Part shown: positions 36,962 to 45,181 of the stretch, one piece after another
Layout of the letters: the number at the start of each line of letters is the position of its first letter
How positions within the stretch are numbered: position 1 is the first letter of the stretch
Translations under genes and position numbers: made by a program
Origin: Bacteroidales bacterium
GTDB lineage: Bacteria; Bacteroidota; Bacteroidia; Bacteroidales; VadinHA17
DNA length: 64,000 nucleotides
NCBI GenBank assembly: GCA_041303415.1
Contig: JBFYPG010000100.1
Span: forward strand, 3,825-67,824
Direction: 5' to 3'
The notes under the pieces: generated by a model
What the model saw: the letters and a program-made list of their open reading frames with translations, nothing else
Told to the model about the DNA's origin: nothing
The model's database searches: none

Positions 36962-37933
36962 TTAGCTTGCGTTCTTAATTTCTTTGTCTTTTATATACTT
37001 TTTTAACTCATCGGGTTTGAGAACTTTTTCATATTGACTTTTTATTTTACCTAGTTTGCAGTCTTCGGTTATATTTTTAAGAAAATCTCTGAAATCAGAA
37101 TTTCCATTTGCCAGTCTGTTTGCGGTATCCCAATCTATCTCTGGATTAATCTTGGATGGGAATAGTATTTCACTTTCATATACATTTTCAGCATCTATTT
37201 TTATTAATCCAATACCAAAAGCATTGTTTAGCCTTCTTATTTCGTCAATAAACGCCGAATCATCATCAAGATTAAGAGTGACAAGATATCCTTCGTTTGC
37301 CCAACTTGAATTTGAGACAGCTTGAAAGAAAGATTGCCTTAGATTATTGAAGTTCAGGTTGATCTTTAACTCAAAAGAAAAGAGTTTGATAGAACTTATT
37401 TTGAGGTGATCCTGTATTTCCAATATTTCTGACGCGTAATCCTTAAATGGGAAGAAAACACCAACCAGGTCTGGATGGAGCCATTCATTTTGACCTTTGG
37501 TTGATTTAGATGAATTCTCATGATATATTGTTTTGACATTTGCTTTAAAATGAGTAGCTACAGACGCAAAAGCTGCAACTAGTTGGTGTAGATCGCGCTC
37601 ACAGAATTTCTTAAATTCAGATTTCTCTTTTTTTGCCTGTTCTGTTTCCTTCAGTTTCTGTATCTTATTTAAGTCAAGCTTTGGAGCAAGTTGACGTAAG
37701 AAAAATTGAGCAGGTCTTTCACTTGTTTGGACTACTGTAGATTCATCGCCGTTAGTGTTAATATCTGTGTAAAAATAAGCTGCAATTGTTGCCCAGGGAG
37801 TTTTACCTTCTGTGGTAAGATCTCCGATAGTACCAAGTTGATTAGCTTTTTCCCATACTTCTTTTGCTGACAAAGGAGTTCCGACTCTCTCGAAAGTCCG
37901 TATGATTACATCCCAAAATGTTGTTTTAGCCAT
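36962..37933 (-). CDS. HARE-HTH domain protein with C-terminal PD-(D/E)xK-like nuclease-fold region (HrgA/COG2958-like)
   Basis: The N-terminal 80 aa fit the HARE-HTH pattern (FWDVIIRTFERVGTPLSAKEVWEKA..GKTPWATIAAYFYTDI..RPAQFFL). The C-terminal part carries ERDLH .. HPDLVGV .. FSFELK .. QAVSNS, arranged like an E/PD/ExK/Q nuclease core. AT-rich codon usage on inspection. Confidence 0.5.
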   Translation of the reverse strand: MAKTTFWDVIIRTFERVGTPLSAKEVWEKANQLGTIGDLTTEGKTPWATIAAYFYTDINTNGDESTVVQTSERPAQFFLRQLAPKLDLNKIQKLKETEQAKKEKSEFKKFCERDLHQLVAAFASVATHFKANVKTIYHENSSKSTKGQNEWLHPDLVGVFFPFKDYASEILEIQDHLKISSIKLFSFELKINLNFNNLRQSFFQAVSNSSWANEGYLVTLNLDDDSAFIDEIRRLNNAFGIGLIKIDAENVYESEILFPSKINPEIDWDTANRLANGNSDFRDFLKNITEDCKLGKIKSQYEKVLKPDELKKYIKDKEIKNAS

Positions 37934-38041
37934 CTTATGATTATTTAATGATTAAAGGTACAACTTGTTTTAAATTTTGACCATAAAAGGAAAAATGTAA
38001 CAAATATTACAGGTGCCACTGAAAATTAGAAGATATGAGTC

Positions 38042-38521
38042 CTATTTATGAGCAAGATTTGAATAAAAAGTAAAATGAAAATAATGCCTTTTATTAGATT
38101 CCCATATCTCTCCGATTAATCCTTGTTCGCATTTATCCACTGGGATTGATTTACTTCCATTCAAATCCTTTAAAGAGCCAAAATATATTGAAAATGACCT
38201 GTTGTCAAATTGTATTGCCATCCAATAGGCACGAGCATCGTATTTCTTCTCAGCGTACAATGCTTTTAAATATGCATCAGATCCGAGATTGTATCTTGAG
38301 TTCAATTTTCCATTATTCTGGTATTTGTTTCTGGCTTTTACACTGATAACATATCTTAGTCCGTCTTTTTCACATTCTATATCAGCAAATGTTTCGTTAA
38401 TCTTATCGTCATTGAGATTTCTAATCCTATCGAATTTTTTATCTACCAATGCCTTTAATGCAAATAATTCTCCTAGTTCTCCAAGAGATTTTTTCCTTGC
38501 TGCTTCTTTTTTATTTTTCAT
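38042..38521 (-). CDS. Small YraN/Holliday-junction-resolvase-like (restriction endonuclease fold) protein
   Basis: 159 aa. GELGELFALKALV..(N)..ADIECEKDGLRYVISVKARN parallels the YraN pattern GxxGExxA...D-I-D...V-E-V-K-x-R, with S replacing E. The ~80-aa C-terminal extension is unassigned. Confidence 0.4.
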   Translation of the reverse strand: MKNKKEAARKKSLGELGELFALKALVDKKFDRIRNLNDDKINETFADIECEKDGLRYVISVKARNKYQNNGKLNSRYNLGSDAYLKALYAEKKYDARAYWMAIQFDNRSFSIYFGSLKDLNGSKSIPVDKCEQGLIGEIWESNKRHYFHFTFYSNLAHK

Positions 38522-38662
38522 ATACTGTATTCACCTTCTTGTGATTTAGTGGTGTTTTAATGTTGGTAATAGGGTGAAGAATTCTGTAGAATGAGGAATA
38601 TTCTAGAAAACTTATTGTATGAGGGCGAATCTGTCTCGCAGTGCCTTTGAACACTAACTCTC

Positions 38663-38701
38663 AATAACTAATAACTAATAACCAATAACCAATAACCAAT
38701 A
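38663..38701 (+). repeat. Heptamer array (AATAACT)2(AATAACC)3
   Basis: Read directly. Lies between the NYN-protein stop (38707) and the small nuclease gene. Confidence 0.9.
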
Positions 38702-38706
38702 GCTTC

Positions 38707-39480
38707 TTATTTCCGGTTCCGGATATAAATATGCTTGATATGGTTCTGCCCTGAGTCACGTTCGTCGATCTCAAAATCGAACGATTTTATCAGCGGAGTC
38801 AGCTTCGCAAACCCGAAGTTCCTGGGATCGAAATCAGGCTGTTTCTTGAGAATCAGGTTGCCAACATCCCCCAGGTATGCCCATCCGTTCTCATCGGCGA
38901 GGTCAGTAATTGATGATGCTATAAGCCTCTTTGCCTTGTTTACCTGAAACTGCTTATCACTCTCCGCACTTTTCTGTTTCACGTGAACAGGCTTACCTCT
39001 CTTTTTCCTGTCAGGAGCCTGATCCTGCCCTGATGCCGGTGAATTTATGATCTCTATATAGATGAATTTATCGCATGCGGTAATGAAAGGCGAAGGGGTT
39101 TTCCTTTCGCCGATTCCAATGACTTTCATGCCTGCTTCCCTGAGCCTTGTCGCCAGCCTGGTGAAGTCGCTGTCACTCGATACAAGGCAGAAACCGTCAA
39201 CTTTTCCCGAATAAAGAATATCCATGGCATCAATTATCATCGCCGAATCCGTTGCATTCTTTCCCCGCGTATAGCTGTACTGCTGAACGGGGGTTATTGC
39301 ATTCTCGAGCAATACCGGTTTCCATCCTGAGACAGTCGGCTTTGTCCAGTCTCCATATATTCGCTTGAAGGTTGGTGTGCCATATTTTGCTATCTCCTCG
39401 AGCATACCCTTGACGTTGCTGAAAGGAATATTGTCAGCATCGATCAGAACGGCAAGTCTCAAATCCTGTAGTGTTTGCAT
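38707..39480 (-). CDS. NYN-domain (PIN-like RNase) protein with C-terminal OST-HTH/LOTUS domain
   Basis: Trimmed to ATG 39480. LAVLIDADNIP..RIYGDW..FCLVSSDSDFTRLATRLREAGMKVIGIG is the NYN/LabA pattern. The C-terminal ~70 aa (GWAYLGDVGNLILKKQPDFDPRNFGFAKL) look OST-HTH-like. Confidence 0.7.
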   Translation of the reverse strand: MQTLQDLRLAVLIDADNIPFSNVKGMLEEIAKYGTPTFKRIYGDWTKPTVSGWKPVLLENAITPVQQYSYTRGKNATDSAMIIDAMDILYSGKVDGFCLVSSDSDFTRLATRLREAGMKVIGIGERKTPSPFITACDKFIYIEIINSPASGQDQAPDRKKRGKPVHVKQKSAESDKQFQVNKAKRLIASSITDLADENGWAYLGDVGNLILKKQPDFDPRNFGFAKLTPLIKSFDFEIDERDSGQNHIKHIYIRNRK

Positions 39481-39518
39481 AAAACTCAATTTTGCCGAAA
39501 GGTACGATAATTAATTAA

Positions 39519-39549
39519 GTTGCTTGTTGCTTGTTGCTAGTTGCTTGTT
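39519..39549 (-). repeat. Heptamer array, AACAAGC-type units as read on the minus strand
   Basis: The plus strand reads GTTGCTTGTTGCTTGTTGCTAGTTGCTTGTT. It sits 38 nt upstream of the NYN-protein ATG (39480). Confidence 0.9.
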
Positions 39550-39563
39550 AATACAAAGACTCA

Positions 39564-39593
39564 AAATCTGAAATCTGAAATCGGAAATCCGAA
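39564..39593. repeat. Heptamer array AAATCTG/AAATCGG/AAATCCG, about 4 units
   Basis: Read directly in the NYN/THX divergent intergenic region. Confidence 0.85.
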
Positions 39594-39661
39594 TTAAAAA
39601 TAACCCACCCCCAGATCAGGTGTAATACTTCAGAATAATAGTAACAATTTTTTAATGTAAC

Positions 39662-39738
39662 AACCCCCTTTCTTATTTCCCCCAAGGGGGAAAGGATTAA
39701 AAGCTCCTGCCCCCTTGGGGGAAGGATGGGAAGGGGGT
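39662..39738 (+). repeat. G5/C5 double-hairpin element, copy C (77 nt)
   Basis: AACCCCCTTTCTTATTTCCCCCAAGGGGGAAAGGATTAAAAGCTCCTGCCCCCTTGGGGGAAGGATGGGAAGGGGGT. Lies in the divergent NYN/THX region. Confidence 0.9.
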
Positions 39739-39831
39739 CATATGAATAGAAAATAAATGAAATCAAAGCTGTTTAAAAAGAATCAATTTGTTACTAAAAT
39801 TATGAAGAAATACACAGGGAGGGGAGACAGT

Positions 39832-39863
39832 AGCAAGCAACCAGCAACCAGGAACCAGCAACC
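39832..39863 (+). repeat. Heptamer array, AACCAGC-type units
   Basis: AGCAAGCAACCAGCAACCAGGAACCAGCAACC is the inverted complement of 39519-39549 and lies upstream of the THX promoter. Confidence 0.9.
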
Positions 39864-39897
39864 TTCTCCACTGATATTTTACTATCCCGGTGCCTGG

Positions 39898-39930
39898 TTT
39901 GATTAATACTAAAGAATTTTTTTAACTTTG
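39898..39930 (+). promoter_or_regulatory. Bacteroidota-type promoter of the THX-fusion gene
   Basis: TTTG (39898-39901), 21 nt spacer, TAACTTTG (39923-39930). About 45 nt upstream of the ATG. Confidence 0.65.
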
Positions 39931-39975
39931 CGGGCGCAAAACAAGGAATTAATAAACCTGATAAAATAAAAGTAT

Positions 39976-40572
39976 ATGGGAAAAGGTGATAAAAAGTCAA
40001 GAAGGGGAAAGATAATTCTTGGAACATATGGCGTGAGACGCCCCAGGAAGAAAAAAAATAAACCTGCTGTCAAGCTTGTGACTCCTGCTCCTGCACTTGA
40101 ACTTAAGGAAAAGAAATTCATTAAGGAGAAGAAGGAGACAAAGCCTGTAAAAGAGGTTAAGGAAGTTGTTGAAGCAGCTGAGGTGAAGGAAGTCGCTGCT
40201 GCTCAGGAACCGAAGCATGCAAAGGAAGTTCATGAAGTGAAGGAGGTTAAAGAGCACAAGCCGGCCAGAGAAGAGAAACATGCAAAAGCTGCCACTTCTG
40301 CAAAGGAACCGAAAGAAGCAAAAGCTGAAAAACCCGCTAAGGAAGCCAAAAAGGAAAAGGTTGTGAAGGAAACCAAAAAAGCCCCGGCAGAAAAGAAAGA
40401 GGCCAGGCTTGCTAAAGCCGAAAAAGCTGAAAAGGAAGCCGTTAAAGAAGCAAAACCATCTGCACCAAAAAAACCAGCTGCATCAAAAAAACCAGCTGTA
40501 CCAAAAAAGCCTGCTGAGAAAAAGCCTGCTGTTAAAAAACCGTCAGCACCTAAGAAAGCCACAAAGAAATAG
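39976..40572 (+). CDS. 30S ribosomal protein THX (bTHX) fused to a ~170-aa K/E/A/P-rich histone-H1-like tail
   Basis: N-terminus MGKGDKKSRRGKIILGTYGVRRPRKKK matches the bTHX peptide. It is followed by KEVKEV-type and KKPA(A/V)(S/P)KK-type repeats up to the stop. A consensus promoter lies upstream (39898-39930). Confidence 0.65.
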   Translation: MGKGDKKSRRGKIILGTYGVRRPRKKKNKPAVKLVTPAPALELKEKKFIKEKKETKPVKEVKEVVEAAEVKEVAAAQEPKHAKEVHEVKEVKEHKPAREEKHAKAATSAKEPKEAKAEKPAKEAKKEKVVKETKKAPAEKKEARLAKAEKAEKEAVKEAKPSAPKKPAASKKPAVPKKPAEKKPAVKKPSAPKKATKK

Positions 40573-40573
40573 G

Positions 40574-40634
40574 CGATTTATGATATGCGATATGCGATTT
40601 CACAAGGATATCGCATATCGGATATCGCATATCG
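40574..40634. terminator. Long imperfect hairpin of GATATGC / GCATATC words between convergent genes
   Basis: ATATGCGAT-TTCACAAGG-ATCGCATAT forms a 9-bp core stem with further repeat-unit pairing. It lies between the THX-fusion stop (40572) and the ThDP-enzyme stop (40643). No clear U-tract. Confidence 0.5.
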
Positions 40635-40642
40635 GACATCTC

Positions 40643-42235
40643 CTATTGCTTCACCACAAGCCACTTATAATCCTCAGGATCGATCCTGGCATTTATTATC
40701 ACCGGCCCGCTCAATGCGATAGCCTGACTGACGGCTTTGCTCATGCTTTCACCGGAATCTGCGTAAAGCACCCTGCATCCCAGGAATCTATCGGCTCCGA
40801 AAAGATCGCCCTGGTATAATGCAGTGCCATATGGATTTATGTCATCCCACTCCTGCTTCAGCTTTATAAGGTTAAGCTCGCTATCCGACAAGACCACAAT
40901 TATGATGTGCAGATCATAGCGCCTGGCTGTAATGATTTCACCGGCATGCATGAGAAATCCGCCGTCACCCGTTATGCATGCAACAGTTGATCGCGGGCAG
41001 TTCATCTTTGCTGCCATTGCCGCAGGGAGGCCGAATCCCATCCCCGACCACCCGTTGGTCATAATGAGGGTGCCATGGTTTCCTGTTTCCCAGATCTGAC
41101 CTGCAAGATGGAGATGCGACCCTACATCAGCAGTGACGATAGAATCGTCAGGAAGTTCATTATGAAGCGTCCTCAGTGCAGTCACCGGTCCGAAATGATT
41201 CGTAAACCCATCGAAAACCGATGTCATTTCGTCCCTGATGCCCCGGATAATACCCTGTTCGAATATCAGGGAACCAGAATTAAGCCCTGAAAGAATCCTG
41301 AACCAGTCGTCGGGCTGCCCGGCAAACTGAAATACATTTTCCCTTTCAGGCAGATCTGTCCTGATTGAATTAAGATGGATCAGCGGCACATCAGGCATCC
41401 ATGATTCGTAATTGTATTCCACAGGGTCATATCCCAGACCTATTACAAGATCGGTCTTTTCATAAATATCTTCAAGATGATCGCTCAGCGCATGAAAAAG
41501 AACCCCTGTGTACGAAGGATGTGTCTCGGGTATTATGCCTTTGGCCATAGGTGTTATTACAACAGGCATCCTGTAAGTGTCGATAAAAGCCAGCAGTTTA
41601 TCTTTCAGTCCAAGACGTTTTGCAGTGAGCCCGACAGCAAGCAGGGGGCGCCGCGAACGGGCAAGCAGTGAAGAAATCTTTTCATCGTTGTTTTTATCCT
41701 GGGTATCTGCCTTCACCAGATCAGGCTCCCTGTTTTCTTCAATTTCCTTTTCGGCAATATCTGAAGGAAGACCGATATGGACCGGACCCGGATATTCTTC
41801 ACGGCATATCCTGAATGCTTTCTCCAGAACCCCGGCTGTATTGCCCGGATCAAGCCTGAATGTAGCTTTGGTCACCGGGGCAAAAAGCTTCTGATGATCG
41901 ATCTTCATCTGGGTCGTCCTTCCTGCCATAGCATCGCTTACCTCGCTCGTGAACACAATTACGGGTGATCTGTCAAGAAGAGCACCGCCCACACCGGTTA
42001 ATATATTAGTTGCACCAGGACCGAATGTCGCATGGCATACTCCGGTAACGCCTGTGAGCCTTGCCGTGACATCAGCCATGATCCCTGCCGAAGCTTCGTT
42101 CGCAGTGAGTATGAACTCAATACCGGCCTTCCTGAAAGCTTCCATATATGGAATGGAAGGACCTCCGGGTATGCCAAAGACAAACCTGACACCTTCTCTA
42201 ACCAGTTGACCTGCAATATATTCAGCAATCTTCAT
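40643..42235 (-). CDS. Thiamine-diphosphate enzyme of the acetolactate-synthase-like family (three-domain)
   Basis: Trimmed to ATG 42235 (MKIAEYIAGQL). GIPGG, GPGATN, ThDP motif GDGGFLMHAGEI..(N)..LSDSELN. Confidence 0.8.
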   Translation of the reverse strand: MKIAEYIAGQLVREGVRFVFGIPGGPSIPYMEAFRKAGIEFILTANEASAGIMADVTARLTGVTGVCHATFGPGATNILTGVGGALLDRSPVIVFTSEVSDAMAGRTTQMKIDHQKLFAPVTKATFRLDPGNTAGVLEKAFRICREEYPGPVHIGLPSDIAEKEIEENREPDLVKADTQDKNNDEKISSLLARSRRPLLAVGLTAKRLGLKDKLLAFIDTYRMPVVITPMAKGIIPETHPSYTGVLFHALSDHLEDIYEKTDLVIGLGYDPVEYNYESWMPDVPLIHLNSIRTDLPERENVFQFAGQPDDWFRILSGLNSGSLIFEQGIIRGIRDEMTSVFDGFTNHFGPVTALRTLHNELPDDSIVTADVGSHLHLAGQIWETGNHGTLIMTNGWSGMGFGLPAAMAAKMNCPRSTVACITGDGGFLMHAGEIITARRYDLHIIIVVLSDSELNLIKLKQEWDDINPYGTALYQGDLFGADRFLGCRVLYADSGESMSKAVSQAIALSGPVIINARIDPEDYKWLVVKQ

Positions 42236-42261
42236 GGAGTTCGGATATAATAACAAATCTA

Positions 42262-43251
42262 TTGAATAAAATTCTCAAACCATCATTTTTCAGGTTGTGC
42301 GGTGACATTTTTTTTCTGATCTTTGCCGCCAAATTTACTCAATTGAACAGGAAGGATGATACAATACTCTGGGCGATAGTCGCCTGTCTTCTCTGGTCAA
42401 CAGTTTATGCCGGAATTAAAATCGGGCTTCAATACGACACTCCCCTTCATTTTGCAAGCTTAAGGTTTATCCTTTCCGGACTGATGATCCTTCCTTTCAC
42501 AGTCAAGCCTTCATCATATTTCAGAATACTGAAGGAGCACCGGAAAATAGTCTTATGGGTGTTGCTGCTTCAGGTGCTTGTCAATTATGTTCTTTTCTAC
42601 ATCGGTATGGATATGGTGCCGGGTGCGCTTGGAGCAGTTATTGTTGGCTCTCAGCCGCTTGTTACGGCGCTGGTTGCCTCAATGATGCACAAGGAGGATC
42701 CGCTGACGATGCGTAAAATGGTAACAATTATACTCGGGATAACAGGTGTCGTACTTATCAGCGCGGGCCGTCAGGCGCTGCGGCTTGGAGGAGCAATTGA
42801 ACTTTTGGGTGTTATAATGATACTTGGAGCCAATATCGCAACTGCTACCAGTAATGTCATGGTTTCCCTGAAGAGCAGGGGAATGAATCCTCTGGTCCTA
42901 AGCTCAGCTTCATTTCTTTCCGGAGGCGTGATTATCTTTCTGGTTTCAATGCCTCTGGAAGGTGTAAAACAGTACAACATGCCTTCACAATACTGGCTTA
43001 CACTTATATGGCTCAGTTTTGTGAGTGCATTTGCGTTCTCACTCTGGTTCAGGCTCCTTCAGCGCCCCCATGTGAAGGTCTCGGAACTGAACCTCTGGAA
43101 ATTCATCATCCCCGTTGTGGGAGCGATCCTCAGCTGGGTGCTTGTCCCGGGAGAAAAGCCCGAGTGGCTTACTATCACGGGGATGATAATAATAACAGCT
43201 TCGCTTATCGGATTTTATAATAATGGCCGGAAACCTGTGGCAGGCAAATGA
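42262..43251 (+). CDS. EamA/DMT-family transporter
   Basis: About 10 TM helices with duplicated EamA-like halves (LWSTVYAGIKIGL.., FAFSLWFRLLQ). The track start is TTG and there is no in-frame ATG before the first helix, so the start is uncertain. Its stop overlaps the next ATG (ATGA). Confidence 0.7.
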   Translation: MNKILKPSFFRLCGDIFFLIFAAKFTQLNRKDDTILWAIVACLLWSTVYAGIKIGLQYDTPLHFASLRFILSGLMILPFTVKPSSYFRILKEHRKIVLWVLLLQVLVNYVLFYIGMDMVPGALGAVIVGSQPLVTALVASMMHKEDPLTMRKMVTIILGITGVVLISAGRQALRLGGAIELLGVIMILGANIATATSNVMVSLKSRGMNPLVLSSASFLSGGVIIFLVSMPLEGVKQYNMPSQYWLTLIWLSFVSAFAFSLWFRLLQRPHVKVSELNLWKFIIPVVGAILSWVLVPGEKPEWLTITGMIIITASLIGFYNNGRKPVAGK

Positions 43252-45083
43252 AAAAAAGACTTATAGCAATACTGGCATATTCACTCTTCTGGCTGGCATT
43301 ATTCATCTTTGCCAGGCTGTTCTTCATCGCCACGCACTACAAGGAGGCTTTTCAGTTTGGTGCAGGCACGCTTGCCGCAACATTCCTTCATGGGATAAAA
43401 CTGGATATTTCAGCGACAAGCTATATACTTATCCTTCCCTTGCTGCTGATGATACCCGGCATATATTTTTCCGGCAGCTGGTTCCGAATCTTTCTTAAAT
43501 GGTATACTTATCCGGTAATAATTATCTCGGCAATAATAACTGTTGCCGATACTCTGTTGTATAAGTACTGGGGCTTCAGGATGGATTACACTGCCCTGCA
43601 GTATTTAAGCACACCTAAAGAAGCTGCCGCGTCAGTTACCTTATTTCAGATGGCTTCAGTAACGATCGCCGTAATACTGATTTCGGTACTGTTTATTATT
43701 ATTTACAACAGGATGATTAACAAGCTTTTTGATGAATTTCAAAGGATCCGGCTATGTCTCCCTGCAGTGATATTTTTCATGCTTCTTTTCGGATCGCTTA
43801 TCATCCCAATAAGAGGAGGAGTAGGCATTGCGCCGATAAATGCAGGCACGGTCTATTTCAGCGATGATATGTTCATCAATCATACTGCAGTTAATGTTAC
43901 ATGGAATGTAGGAAGCTCTGTTTTCAACAAAAAGCCGGCTTCAAACCCTTATTCATACGGAGATCCTGAAGAGGCAGGGAAACTGGTTGATTCGCTTATT
44001 GTAAAAGGAGGGGAAATTGTTAAGGTGCTAAACAATCCGAGACCGAATATACTTTTTATTGTACTTGAAAGCTTTGGCAGTGCGCTTGTTGGTCCTCTCG
44101 GAGGCGACTCTCTTACCACACCAAACCTTAACCGTTATGTGAATGAGGGAGTACTCTTTACCAATTTCTATGCTTCCGGAAACCGCACCGACAAGGCAAT
44201 GCCGGCAATCCTGAACGGATACCCTGCCCAGCCTGCTGTATCCATAATGAAGGAACCGAAGAAAACACAGTCCCTCCCGGGAATTGTAAAAACCATGGCC
44301 GGCCTTGGTTATGAAAGTGCATTCTGGTATGGTGGCGAGATAAACTTTGCGAACTTCAATTCGTTTGTGTTAAATTCAGGCTTCAGGCAGATTATCACCA
44401 TGGATAATTTCGATCCGGAAAACTTCAATTCGAAGTGGGGAGTTCATGACCATATTCTTATGGAAGCTTTCAGGGATTCTATGATAAGCCCCCGGGAACC
44501 ATTTATAAGTGTAGTTCTTACACTTTCAAGCCATGAGCCTTTTGAAGTGCCGATGGAACCGGTCTTTGATGGAAATGATGATCTTACGAAATTCAAAAAC
44601 TCTGTTTACTACACCGACCATACTATCGGAAAATTATTAGACTGGGCCGCGACCACTGACTGGTGGAAGAATACACTTGTGGTGCTTATTGCCGATCATT
44701 GCAGACGGAATTCGGTTGAGGTGCTTGTATACTCCGAAGACATTTTCAGGATACCGATGCTTTGGCTGGGAGGCGCACTTGCAGTTCAGGGCGTAAGGAT
44801 TGATAAATTCGGGAGCCAGGTGGATATTCCCCTTACACTGCTTCACCAGCTCGGCCTGGATGACATTTATCCGTTTGCCAAGGACCTGCTCTCGCCTGAA
44901 TCAGCATCTTTTGCCTTCTATACATTCAATGAGGGATTTGCTTTCATCACCGACAGCTCAAAATACATTTATGATCATAAACTTGGTGAACCGGTCGTTG
45001 AAGAAGGGAGAGATCCGGGATCGGCCGGAATACTCGGCAAAGCATATCTGCAGGTGCTGTATGATGATTTTCTGAAAAGATAG
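43248..45083 (+). CDS. LTA-synthase/sulfatase-family membrane protein (alkaline-phosphatase superfamily phosphotransferase)
   Basis: Five N-terminal TM helices, then NILFIVLESFG, SGNRTDKAMPAILNG, LTLSSHEPF, IADHC motifs. Confidence 0.75.
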   Translation: MKKRLIAILAYSLFWLALFIFARLFFIATHYKEAFQFGAGTLAATFLHGIKLDISATSYILILPLLLMIPGIYFSGSWFRIFLKWYTYPVIIISAIITVADTLLYKYWGFRMDYTALQYLSTPKEAAASVTLFQMASVTIAVILISVLFIIIYNRMINKLFDEFQRIRLCLPAVIFFMLLFGSLIIPIRGGVGIAPINAGTVYFSDDMFINHTAVNVTWNVGSSVFNKKPASNPYSYGDPEEAGKLVDSLIVKGGEIVKVLNNPRPNILFIVLESFGSALVGPLGGDSLTTPNLNRYVNEGVLFTNFYASGNRTDKAMPAILNGYPAQPAVSIMKEPKKTQSLPGIVKTMAGLGYESAFWYGGEINFANFNSFVLNSGFRQIITMDNFDPENFNSKWGVHDHILMEAFRDSMISPREPFISVVLTLSSHEPFEVPMEPVFDGNDDLTKFKNSVYYTDHTIGKLLDWAATTDWWKNTLVVLIADHCRRNSVEVLVYSEDIFRIPMLWLGGALAVQGVRIDKFGSQVDIPLTLLHQLGLDDIYPFAKDLLSPESASFAFYTFNEGFAFITDSSKYIYDHKLGEPVVEEGRDPGSAGILGKAYLQVLYDDFLKR

Positions 45084-45181
45084 ATCTGATCAACCGGAAT
45101 ATCTGAATGGAGCCGGATAAAAAATCCTTAGATTTGTTAAATGGAGCGTGGTGGTAAACACAAGTTAAAGGAATAGCAGGA

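Noticed and set aside
36425-38701. Invertase-driven phase-variable (invertible) segment between the inverted heptamer arrays
   Set aside because: There is no site-specific recombinase gene in the window and no promoter positioned to be switched. The same repeat family also occurs unpaired at 59556-59626. It is kept only as a possible cassette boundary.
39662-39738. tRNA-like size and cloverleaf potential of the G5/C5 elements
   Set aside because: There are no T-loop (GTTCRANNC) or D-loop motifs, no anticodon-arm geometry and no CCA context. The hairpins are C5/G5 palindromes with minimal loops.
39548-40121. Track ORFs 39548..39766, 39800..40027 and 39909..40121
   Set aside because: They run through heptamer arrays and the G5/C5 element, or lie antisense to the THX gene start. 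Their composition is low-complexity and they have no start context.
40230-40562. 110-aa antisense ORF opposite the THX tail
   Set aside because: This is a mirror ORF generated by the low-complexity K/A/E coding repeats (an F/A/S/G-rich product).
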